A stretch of 57,872 nucleotides of DNA, taken from positions 1 to 57,872 of the forward strand of contig JBCCRX010000001.1 of the NCBI GenBank assembly GCA_039201015.1. Direction: 5' to 3'. This DNA is from Bacteroidota bacterium. Its GTDB lineage: Bacteria; Bacteroidota; Bacteroidia; Chitinophagales; Saprospiraceae. The translations under genes were made by a program, and so were the position numbers. Shown here in pieces: positions 39,185 through 47,208 of this stretch (positions within the stretch are counted from its first letter, which is position 1; each line of letters starts with the position of its first letter). A model generated the notes under the pieces. That model did no database searches. It saw nothing but the letters and a program-made list of their open reading frames with translations, and was not told the DNA's origin.

Positions 39185-40558
39185 ATGAAACGATTTATTA
39201 ACACATTACAGAATATTTGGAAGATAGACGAATTGCGTAAGCGATTGCTTTTTACTTTGGGCATGCTCTTTGTATTCCGCTTGGGCTGTTTCATACCACT
39301 TCCTGGTGTTGATCCTTCTCGTCTAGAACAAGTTTCTGGAGGCGGAACGGGGGATTTACTAGGCTTAATCAATATCTTTACTGGAGGGGCATTCAATAGT
39401 GCAGCTATTTTTGCACTCGGTATTATGCCCTACATCACCGCTTCGATTATTGTACAGTTACTCGGTTTTGCAGTACCTTATTTCCAAAAGCTACAACAAA
39501 AAGAAGGCGAATCTGGTAGAAAAAAGCTAGGACAAATTACACGTCTATTGACGCTTGGTATCACTTTAGTGCAAGGTGGTGGTTATTTAGCTTACGTGAA
39601 AACGGGCTTGAATGCCGTTGACCCCAATGTTCCAGAAGGTATATTTTGGTTCTCCAATATTATTGTGCTTTCCGCAGGCACAATATTTGCGATGTGGATG
39701 GGAGAACGCATTACAGAGAAAGGCATTGGGAATGGTGTCTCTTTATTGATTACCATTGGTATCATTGCGGCATTGCCAGGTGCTTTGATTTCAGAGTTCC
39801 AGTTGCAGTTCAACAGTGGTGGTTTGTTGTTATTTATCGTAGAAATAGCGGCTTTATTCTTCGTCGTTATGGCTACGGTGGCAATCGTTCAAGCAGTACG
39901 TCGTATTCCAATACAGTTCGCTAAGCGAATGGTAGGACGGGGTTCTAATCAAATGCCTGTTTCTGGTGCTAGAGATTTTATCCCATTAAAAGTAAATGCA
40001 GCGGGTGTAATGCCTATCATTTTTGCACAAGCATTGATGTTTTTGCCAGCTACTATATTTGGATTCTTAGCAGGTGCGGAGTCTGATGCTGCTAATAGTT
40101 CTTGGTTGCAGACCATCAGCAACCCATTCTCAGGGCCTTATAATGTTATTTATTTCTTCTTGGTAGTCTTATTTACCTATGTCTATACGGCACTACTAGT
40201 CAATCCTAAGCAGTACGCTGAGTACTTGAAAAGACAAAATGCTTTCATTCCAGGTATAAAGCCAGGAAAGCCGACTGCTGATTTTATAGATGCTACGACT
40301 ACTCGAATTACTTTGCCAGGTTCTGTATTTCTAGGATTGATTTCTATTCTACCTGCAATCGCTTATGCTTTTGGTGTGAATCAAGCTTTCGCACTGTTCT
40401 TTGGAGGTACTTCTTTGTTGATCCTAGTGGCAGTGGTATTAGATACCTTACAACAGATAGAAAGTTACTTATTGATGCGAAAGTACGACGGCTTAGTAAA
40501 ATCAGGTCGCGTGCAAGGAAGAAGTAGCCGTATGCAGGGTATTGGTGCGAGTATGTAA
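39185..40558 (+). CDS. secY: Preprotein translocase subunit SecY
   Basis: 457 aa, 10-TM topology; LRKRLLFTLGMLFVFRLG..LGIMPYITASII. Confidence 0.97.
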   Translation: MKRFINTLQNIWKIDELRKRLLFTLGMLFVFRLGCFIPLPGVDPSRLEQVSGGGTGDLLGLINIFTGGAFNSAAIFALGIMPYITASIIVQLLGFAVPYFQKLQQKEGESGRKKLGQITRLLTLGITLVQGGGYLAYVKTGLNAVDPNVPEGIFWFSNIIVLSAGTIFAMWMGERITEKGIGNGVSLLITIGIIAALPGALISEFQLQFNSGGLLLFIVEIAALFFVVMATVAIVQAVRRIPIQFAKRMVGRGSNQMPVSGARDFIPLKVNAAGVMPIIFAQALMFLPATIFGFLAGAESDAANSSWLQTISNPFSGPYNVIYFFLVVLFTYVYTALLVNPKQYAEYLKRQNAFIPGIKPGKPTADFIDATTTRITLPGSVFLGLISILPAIAYAFGVNQAFALFFGGTSLLILVAVVLDTLQQIESYLLMRKYDGLVKSGRVQGRSSRMQGIGASM

Positions 40559-40728
40559 ATTGGAAGTAAGATTCAGGAAGGTAGAAGTCAGCGGATAAGC
40601 ACTCACAATCGGTTGTTTTTGAAAATGTATTTATAAAAAGTACTCGTTTGAGTACTCAGTTCTGATAAGAAGATTAGATCAATTAGTAGTAAATAATGAC
40701 ATAGCACGTCAATAAACTTCAAACAAAC

Positions 40729-40767
40729 AATTAGCTCAAGTCGCTTGTATGGTGGCTTGAGCTAATT
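40729..40767 (+). terminator. Hairpin downstream of secY (candidate terminator)
   Basis: AATTAGCTCAAG-15 nt-CTTGAGCTAATT (12-bp stem), followed by a T-rich stretch (..CCTTTTTT) about 10 nt later. Confidence 0.4.
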
Positions 40768-40810
40768 CATTGTTATTCCTTTTTTAAGTTAGAAACGGGC
40801 ATTTGTTTGA

Positions 40811-40843
40811 AGACTTTTGAAGTTTTTAAACCTTCAAAAGTCT
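40811..40843 (+). terminator. Second hairpin downstream of secY
   Basis: AGACTTTTGAAG-tttttaaac-CTTCAAAAGTCT, a perfect 12-bp stem, then GATTTGTCTATTTATT. Confidence 0.4.
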
Positions 40844-40910
40844 GATTTGTCTATTTATTCGCTTACTACTCTATAATCGAAAAAAGAATAATTAGAAACT
40901 ATAATCTTAC

Positions 40911-41137
40911 TACTCTACTACGGTGTAAATTAAGTTTGTTTTAATTTTGAAAAGCGAGAAATTCCTTAGAATTTCGAGCTTCAAAAAACCTATCTGCCGC
41001 CGTCTTCGACGGCGGCGAAAAAGGGGTGAGGGAGAAAAAAGGATTTTTCTAAAACCCTTTTTTCTCCCCAAACCCCTGTCGCGAGCCGCCGCAGGCGGCG
41101 AGTCTATTAGTATTTCAAAAAAAGTAGGGTAGAGTAC
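40911..41137. mobile_element. MITE-like element, family G (copy G1, 227 bp), ending 16 nt upstream of the map ATG
   Basis: TIRs TACTCTACTAC / GTAGGGTAGAGTA. 8-bp direct repeat AATCTTAC at 40903-40910 and 41138-41145. Three perfect hairpins: 40996-41016 (9 bp), 41030-41068 (13 bp), 41085-41099 (6 bp). Confidence 0.75.
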
Positions 41138-41153
41138 AATCTTACTATTCATT

Positions 41154-41990
41154 ATGCGTAAGAAATCCAATAAAATATACTACAAAACGCAAGAAGAAAT
41201 CGAATTGATTCGGAAGAGCTGTCTTTTGGTAAGCAAAACATTAGCACTAGTAGGAGAAATGTTGAAGCCAGGCGCAGTGGGGATTGATATAGACAAAGCG
41301 GCGGAGCAATTCATTAGAGATCATGGAGCAGAACCTGGTTTTTTGGGGTATAATGATTTTCCTGCAACACTTTGTGTATCCAGAAATGAAGCAGTTGTAC
41401 ATGGCATACCCGTTGAACGACCTTTTCAAGATGGCGATATTGTCTCTGTGGATTGTGGCGTATTTTGGAATAATTTTTACGGGGATGCGGCATATACTTT
41501 CGCCATTGGTGATGTGAATGAAAATACGATGAACCTACTTCGAAGAACCAAAGAATCGCTCTATCTAGGTATTGAACATGCGCGAGTTGGTAAAAGGGTA
41601 GGGGATATTAGTTTTGCCATTCAGCAACATGTGCGCAAATACAAATACGGCATCGTAAGAGAATTGGTTGGTCATGGAGTTGGGAAGGAGCTGCATGAAG
41701 CTCCTGAAGTACCCAATTATGGAAGAAGAGGGAAAGGCTTTAAACTGCAAGAAGGTCTAGTGATCGCTATTGAGCCAATGATTAATATGGGCAGACAAGG
41801 CGTTCGTGCATTACCTGATGATTGGACAATCGTAACGAAAGACAATAAACCCTCGGCACACTACGAGCATACTGTTGCGGTTGGGAAAACCGCTGCAGAC
41901 ATTCTTTCCACACACGAATATGTAGAAGAAGCAATTGCTAAAAATCCAAACTTGAAGGAAGTGGTGATTGAAGAAACAGTTTTGGCGTGA
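41154..41990 (+). CDS. map: Type I methionine aminopeptidase
   Basis: 278 aa; metal-ligand context VSVDCGVFWNNFYGDAAYTF, VGHGVGKELHEAP, IEPMIN, HYEHTV. Confidence 0.95.
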   Translation: MRKKSNKIYYKTQEEIELIRKSCLLVSKTLALVGEMLKPGAVGIDIDKAAEQFIRDHGAEPGFLGYNDFPATLCVSRNEAVVHGIPVERPFQDGDIVSVDCGVFWNNFYGDAAYTFAIGDVNENTMNLLRRTKESLYLGIEHARVGKRVGDISFAIQQHVRKYKYGIVRELVGHGVGKELHEAPEVPNYGRRGKGFKLQEGLVIAIEPMINMGRQGVRALPDDWTIVTKDNKPSAHYEHTVAVGKTAADILSTHEYVEEAIAKNPNLKEVVIEETVLA

Positions 41991-42179
41991 GATGACAGAA
42001 TCTTCTTTTGGAGAGCATGAAGTGAATGTCAGACGTTTAAATAATGAATACGCGATCTCTCTTTGCTAGTGGACATTTGACTAATTAGCTTTCAGATTGG
42101 TAGGAAAGTAAACTTACTAGTGGTACTGCGCTAGGAGAAAACCGCGTTTGGAGGAGTGAAAATATAGCATTATAAGCTG

Positions 42180-44057
42180 TTAGTCCGATACAAAACCCGT
42201 AGCAGAATTCAAACCTGGTACACCACCTACGGTGAAGGGAACATTGAAGCCGATAAAGCCATAAGACGAATCTACTCCGAAATTCCAAGACCAACCCACA
42301 CTCAAAATATCTCGAAAAGCAGTAAGCATAACACCTGCCCCGAACTCGGGTGTGCCGTCTAAATTGAAGTCTGGAGAAGAAAAACCTACTCCTACACCTG
42401 GCATCAAAAAATCATTGTAAAATTTATTCTTACGGCTGCCCCATTTCATGAAGATGCCGTAGCTCGGCGCAAACTGAAATTGATTTTCCAAAGTCACATC
42501 AGCGTTCCTAGTGCGCCGATAGGGACTGGCTAAAACAAGCGTTCCTGCCATTTTCAAATGTGGAGAAATTCTAGCCATTTCAACGTAGCGGCGATAGATT
42601 TCTCTGTCTTCATAATTGGGATTGGACTTGTCTTGCCCTCTTTCAATGATTGCACGGATCAGTATTTCATCGCCCGCTCGTCTTTCGCCGATTCCTTTTA
42701 GTTCGATGTAGCCATTAGAAGGAATTTTTCCTACAGTGAATCTTCTCACATCCTCCGTGAAGTCTTCATTTTCCACATAAGATTTGCGAAAAGTCTGCAA
42801 AAGACGCTCCAATCCACCAAGCATGGTTTTGGCTTCGCCAATATCGTTTTGCACTTTCTGATTGAAGTCTTCGTAGGAGTTATCTACTGTGGTCAGTTGC
42901 TCCAACCCCGGAATTTCCGACCCAAAAGAAGTACTGCTGCTGTAAGCAAGATAATCACCGTGAAAGGCTTCGTAGGCGCGTTTTACCAGATTGCCAAGAT
43001 CATCAAAAGCTTCTGTGTAAGTTTCGTTTTGGAGCAGTTTTTCACTGGGAAAAAGATTGGCAAAAGTCTCAAAATTTTCCGCCGCGAAACGATACAGTCG
43101 GCTGACGCGCTCTAAGTTGATTTCGTTTTCCAAAAGTACTTGTGCTGCTGGTCTGGTAGATATGTCTTTATTTAATAGGTCAAGTGAATTTTTGAAGAGC
43201 TTTGTAAAGCGTACTTTGGTCGTATCAGAAGGAAATAAATTATCCACTTTTGCTTTGACGGTGCTTTTCAAATGTCCACCTAAACTATTCATATTCAATC
43301 CAATACTGTCTTGAATTTCCTTATTTCTGAAGAGTGCTTTTTCTTCTTCTTCTGAAATCGGCGTACCAAAACGAGAGACTTCAATGTACTCTTCCGTAGT
43401 CAGGTCATCAAAATTTTCGATGTGTATGGGGCGTCCGCCTGTTTTATTTTTGATGTGCGCTCCGAGACGAAAATAAATCATCAAAGTGCTATCCACTTTA
43501 CCGTCCACTGCTAGACTTTCTAGTAGCGATTCGCGTATGGCTTGGGCTTTTTCTCCCAAAATATCGAATACCAAAAGCGCGAAATTGCCACCTTCGCGAT
43601 TAAATCGTCGCTCGGTCGCTTCAGAATCGACAATTTCGATGATTTCGTCGTCATTTTCTATTTCTTCAAAAGTTGCATCTACCAGCCTCGCAAATGCTTG
43701 GTAGTCAGAAAGCTTGGCGTTTGCGCTGTTTGCCCCCATAAATTTGTCATTCAGCAAACTCAGGATGTCGTTTTGGTTGCGCATCAACTCATTCAGCTTC
43801 CGCAACTTCGCCAAACGATTGTCTTGCGCCGCAATGCCTTGAAAACGGAACATCTGATCTTCTAGCTCTGCGATATTGACTTTCACTAAAATACGGCTAT
43901 TGATGTCCACAATCGCTGCTCCTTCGTAAGGAATGGTATCTTTGAATTTACCCGTTGTACTTTCCTCTACGAGCGTGATGAGGTGTTGCTCGCTACTTTG
44001 TCCCAAAAGGCTAGGAGCGGTGAAAAGGGCAAAAAGAAGGAAGAAGGTGTTTTTCAT
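42180..44057 (-). CDS. Secreted protein of unknown function (625 aa), Gly/aromatic-rich beta-strand-like C-terminus
   Basis: Signal peptide MKNTFFLLFALFTAPSLLGQ. No motif I can assign. C-terminal ~110 aa have alternating hydrophobic residues (YGIFMKWG..GVGVGFSS..GAGVMLTAF..VGWSWNFGV..YGFIGFNVPFTV). Confidence 0.6.
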   Translation of the reverse strand: MKNTFFLLFALFTAPSLLGQSSEQHLITLVEESTTGKFKDTIPYEGAAIVDINSRILVKVNIAELEDQMFRFQGIAAQDNRLAKLRKLNELMRNQNDILSLLNDKFMGANSANAKLSDYQAFARLVDATFEEIENDDEIIEIVDSEATERRFNREGGNFALLVFDILGEKAQAIRESLLESLAVDGKVDSTLMIYFRLGAHIKNKTGGRPIHIENFDDLTTEEYIEVSRFGTPISEEEEKALFRNKEIQDSIGLNMNSLGGHLKSTVKAKVDNLFPSDTTKVRFTKLFKNSLDLLNKDISTRPAAQVLLENEINLERVSRLYRFAAENFETFANLFPSEKLLQNETYTEAFDDLGNLVKRAYEAFHGDYLAYSSSTSFGSEIPGLEQLTTVDNSYEDFNQKVQNDIGEAKTMLGGLERLLQTFRKSYVENEDFTEDVRRFTVGKIPSNGYIELKGIGERRAGDEILIRAIIERGQDKSNPNYEDREIYRRYVEMARISPHLKMAGTLVLASPYRRTRNADVTLENQFQFAPSYGIFMKWGSRKNKFYNDFLMPGVGVGFSSPDFNLDGTPEFGAGVMLTAFRDILSVGWSWNFGVDSSYGFIGFNVPFTVGGVPGLNSATGFVSD

Positions 44058-44060
44058 GGC

Positions 44061-44555
44061 TTAAGCTTGTTTTTCATCTGTGTCTGGAAGTGCTTTGATA
44101 GCGGCATTGAAGGCGCGCATCATCTGAAAGGAACTTAGTTTTTTGCGTTTGTCTTTGGGGTCAGGTGATAGGCTAGGATCAATGTAGATGACGTAAGCAA
44201 TATCCTTAGATTTGGGCAAAACGGAAGCCGCTCTGATGTTATTGAGGTCCACTTCTTTATTTGGAAAAGAATTCTTAATTGCTTTTTCAAATTTAGGGCG
44301 AAGTGCCGCTAAATGATCTATATCATTGATCCAAAGCACGCGTTGATCGGGATGCGCACCTGGCTGCAAACAAAGCTGATTGGCGTTTTCTAGCAGCATC
44401 TTGCTGTTTTCAAATGTCCCTAGAATGACCAGTGTAATATGTGCATCCAGAAAAGTATTCAAATCTTCGATGATCGTGTCTAGTCCATTCAGGCAGTGTA
44501 CACGCGTCAAATTTGGTATGGGTAAAGGTAAGGAAATGGAAGTTGGCATTTTCAA
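44061..44555 (-). CDS. Hypothetical protein (164 aa), operonic with the 625-aa gene
   Basis: Its stop lies 3 nt before the downstream start. No signal peptide and no recognisable motif. Confidence 0.5.
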   Translation of the reverse strand: MKMPTSISLPLPIPNLTRVHCLNGLDTIIEDLNTFLDAHITLVILGTFENSKMLLENANQLCLQPGAHPDQRVLWINDIDHLAALRPKFEKAIKNSFPNKEVDLNNIRAASVLPKSKDIAYVIYIDPSLSPDPKDKRKKLSSFQMMRAFNAAIKALPDTDEKQA

Positions 44556-44980
44556 TTGGCTTGCAGAAATGAAAGGATAATAGGTTTACCTATTCAGCAA
44601 AAATTCAAGTATTAGACACCTCAAAGTTCGCTTAGGAATGGTGAAATAATAAATTCAGATTCTAGCGCTAGAGATTTTGTTTCCATTTTGTTCTTCAAAA
44701 AGCGCAATTCGACTAAGGCGAACATCAGGTTTTTAAGTTCAAAATGGGAGCCAAAGATCAGTTCCAAGAATCGGAGCTTATTGTTTTTTTATTCCTTATT
44801 ACTTTTTGGAGAAGCAATATCTGCAAATAATCTTATTTTATCAAATCTAAGATTGAAATGTTTTGTGATGTGAAATATAAAAAACCTCTTGCAATGATAG
44901 TTGTTATAACAAGGTAACATCTTCTTTAAAAATCATTACATTTGTGTTCGATTTCCGAATAAAAGAAACACTTCACTTCA

Positions 44981-46021
44981 ATGGATACAGTTGTAGAAAA
45001 AAAGACGACTAGAAAAAGGAAAACCAGTACGAAAAAGCCAGCTTACAGCAAAGAGCAATATTTAGAGTGGTACACCACAATGTTTCGCATCCGTACTTTT
45101 GAAAATAAAGCAGTTTCGATGTACGGTAAAGGCATCAGAGGTTTTTTGCACGTTTATATTGGGCAAGAAGCTATTACGGCAGGCATGGAATCTGCTTTGA
45201 TAGAAGGTGATGGTATCGTGACTGCTTATCGACAACACGGTACGGGTATTGGGCGCGGCGTCAGCACCAAAGAAGCCATGGCAGAATTGTTCGGAAAGGC
45301 AACGGGTATCGTGAAAGGAAAAGGTGGTTCGATGCACTTTTTCGATAATCGCAATAAGTATTTTGGTGGAAATGGCATCGTAGGCGCGCAAATTCCAATC
45401 GGAACGGGTATTGCTTTTGCCGAGCAATACAAAGGCACTAATAATCTCTGTGTGACGATGTTTGGAGACGGCGCGGCACGACAAGGTGCTTTGCACGAAT
45501 CTTTTAATATGGCCATGTCTTGGAATATTCCCGTTTTGTACGTTTGCGAAAACAATGGCTATGCCATGGGAACTTCCGTAGAGCGAACTTCTAAAACGCC
45601 CGAAATCTATAAATTGGGCTTGGGCTATGATATGCCGAGCGAACAAGTAGATGGTATGTCGCCAGAATCGGTACACGAAGCTGTCACGAAAGCAGCGGAA
45701 CACATTCGGGCGGGCAAAGGACCTTATTTCTTGGAAATTAAAACCTACCGCTACAAAGGACATTCCGTTTCTGATCCAGGTCGCTATCGCACCAAAGAAG
45801 AATTAGAATACTACAAAGGACTAGACCCTGTAAAAATGACGGAGAAGAAGATTCTGGACAATAAAATCGCCAGCGAAGAGGAAATTAAAGCAATCAAAGC
45901 GGAGATCAAGGCTGAAATTGCAGAAGCCGTGAAATTCGCGGAAGCATCACCTTATCCAGACGCCAGTGAGTTGTGGGAAGATAACTATTTGCAGAAAGAT
46001 TATCCTTTTATTCGGGATTAG
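44981..46021 (+). CDS. pdhA: Pyruvate dehydrogenase E1 component alpha subunit
   Basis: 346 aa; YRQHG, GKGGSMHFF, GIVGAQIPIGTGIAFA, MFGDGAARQGALHESFNMA..VCENNGYAMGTS. A TAnnTTTG box (TACATTTG) lies at 44937-44944. Confidence 0.93.
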   Translation: MDTVVEKKTTRKRKTSTKKPAYSKEQYLEWYTTMFRIRTFENKAVSMYGKGIRGFLHVYIGQEAITAGMESALIEGDGIVTAYRQHGTGIGRGVSTKEAMAELFGKATGIVKGKGGSMHFFDNRNKYFGGNGIVGAQIPIGTGIAFAEQYKGTNNLCVTMFGDGAARQGALHESFNMAMSWNIPVLYVCENNGYAMGTSVERTSKTPEIYKLGLGYDMPSEQVDGMSPESVHEAVTKAAEHIRAGKGPYFLEIKTYRYKGHSVSDPGRYRTKEELEYYKGLDPVKMTEKKILDNKIASEEEIKAIKAEIKAEIAEAVKFAEASPYPDASELWEDNYLQKDYPFIRD

Positions 46022-46024
46022 AGT

Positions 46025-46388
46025 ATGACCAGAGATCGCTTTCATTATGAAGTTCGTACTGCTTTTGAGCAACTCGGCTGGGTGGTCACGAATGATCCTC
46101 TGAATATAAAATGAGGAAAGATTCCGTTGTAAATTGATCTAGGTTTAGAGCAATTCATAGGTGCAGAAAAAGATAATGAAAGAATTGCTGTTGAAATTAA
46201 GACCTTCGGGCATCCGTCCTTTATCACAGCATTCTATGACGCTGTAGGTAAGTATATTGTCTATAGAAAGGCACTGGAAATTTCTGATAATGAAAGCGAT
46301 AGAGTTCTCTATTTAGCCATGCCAGAAAATATCTATGAAAAATTTAACCTTTGAAGAAGTTTTTCGAAAATACAACATCTCAAAATAA
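46025..46388 (+). pseudogene. XisH-family (fdxN-element excision-controlling factor H-like) pseudogene
   Basis: One frame reads MTRDRFHYEVRTAFEQLGWVVTNDPLNIK*GKIPL*IDLGLEQFIGAEKDNERIAVEIKTFGHPSFITAFYDAVGKYIVYRKALEISDNESDRVLYLAMPENIYEKFNL*. In-frame TGA at 46112-46114, TAA at 46130-46132, and TGA at 46361-46363 with the tail continuing in another frame. Confidence 0.75.
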
Positions 46389-46515
46389 GAAGTCGTCCTT
46401 GGCTTTCTTTCTCCCTCCATGCGGGAATATTCTGATTATGCAGTGGCTTAGCCTAAATTAGCTTTCAATATCAGGATTATGCAAATTTTGATAGAACAAA
46501 AGTAGCAAACAAGAC

Positions 46516-47148
46516 CTATCTTTCTACAAATCGTAGTAGCTGAACCACCTCCTCTACCTTACTTAATTTCAAGCGTTCCTGCTTCACAAATTGGTTAACT
46601 GATTTGTCGGGAAATAAATCCAAAACGTCTTTTTTCTTGAGTTTAAATGAATATAACTTGTCGTCTTTCAGGAGGTAGTAAGTGTGCACATTGGCGAAGT
46701 TTTCTAGTTCGATGTTTTGCCCGACATTGTTGATTGTTCTGGTATTAATACGACTTTTAGAACTACTGAAAAGCTGGTGTTGCTCGCCTTTGAAATGTAT
46801 CAATACAAACTGCCCCTTGAACTTAGGGTGAGCATTGTACTGAAAGTAACTAGAATCTTTAAGCATGAGAATTTTAGGATACGCATTGCCATCCAATTCG
46901 ATGTAGCCTTGCGCTACTTTGACTTCAATTTCTTTTTCGTAGATGTTGTAATTGACCTGTGCTTCTTCTATACTTTTGCCCGCTTTGTTGTAGATCGTAG
47001 CTTCCTGCCAATCGTCAAAAAGATAAGGACTGCCTTTGATGTCTTCGTAACGATTTTCGTCTATGGGCTTGCTGTTGACGCCCACAATTTGAGCCGTAGC
47101 GGTAAAACTGAATAGTGTAAAAGCAAGGAAAGAAACGATGTAACTCAT
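46516..47148 (-). CDS. Secreted hypothetical protein (210 aa)
   Basis: Signal peptide MSYIVSFLAFTLFSFTATAQ. No recognisable motif. Confidence 0.6.
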   Translation of the reverse strand: MSYIVSFLAFTLFSFTATAQIVGVNSKPIDENRYEDIKGSPYLFDDWQEATIYNKAGKSIEEAQVNYNIYEKEIEVKVAQGYIELDGNAYPKILMLKDSSYFQYNAHPKFKGQFVLIHFKGEQHQLFSSSKSRINTRTINNVGQNIELENFANVHTYYLLKDDKLYSFKLKKKDVLDLFPDKSVNQFVKQERLKLSKVEEVVQLLRFVER

Positions 47149-47208
47149 AATATGGGCGGTTTTTATTTCAACATACTTAGCATGCTAAAATAAAACGCAA
47201 TTATGAAC

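Noticed and set aside
40910-41170. ORFs on both strands of element G1 and the ORF at 57590-57832, sharing the peptide QIGFLKLEILRNFSL(F/L)KIKT; considered as a conserved small protein
   Set aside because: The shared segment is the conserved nucleotide module of a TIR/TSD-bounded element with perfect hairpins. Differences between the copies are mostly non-synonymous, and the N-terminal parts are unrelated. The 12-nt (in-frame) indel is the only hint of coding and corresponds exactly to one hairpin arm.
45062-45763. 233-aa ORF antisense to pdhA (and the 170-aa ORF at 47507-48019 antisense to the ROK kinase)
   Set aside because: Both lie inside well-supported conserved genes and have no motifs. 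They are typical antisense open frames.
46112-46132. In-frame TGA/TAA in the XisH-like frame as possible stop-codon recoding or an alternative genetic code
   Set aside because: TGA and TAA terminate conserved genes at the expected length elsewhere in the window (TGA ends rplX, TAA ends rpmD). A third stop plus a frame change near the 3' end fits decay, not recoding.
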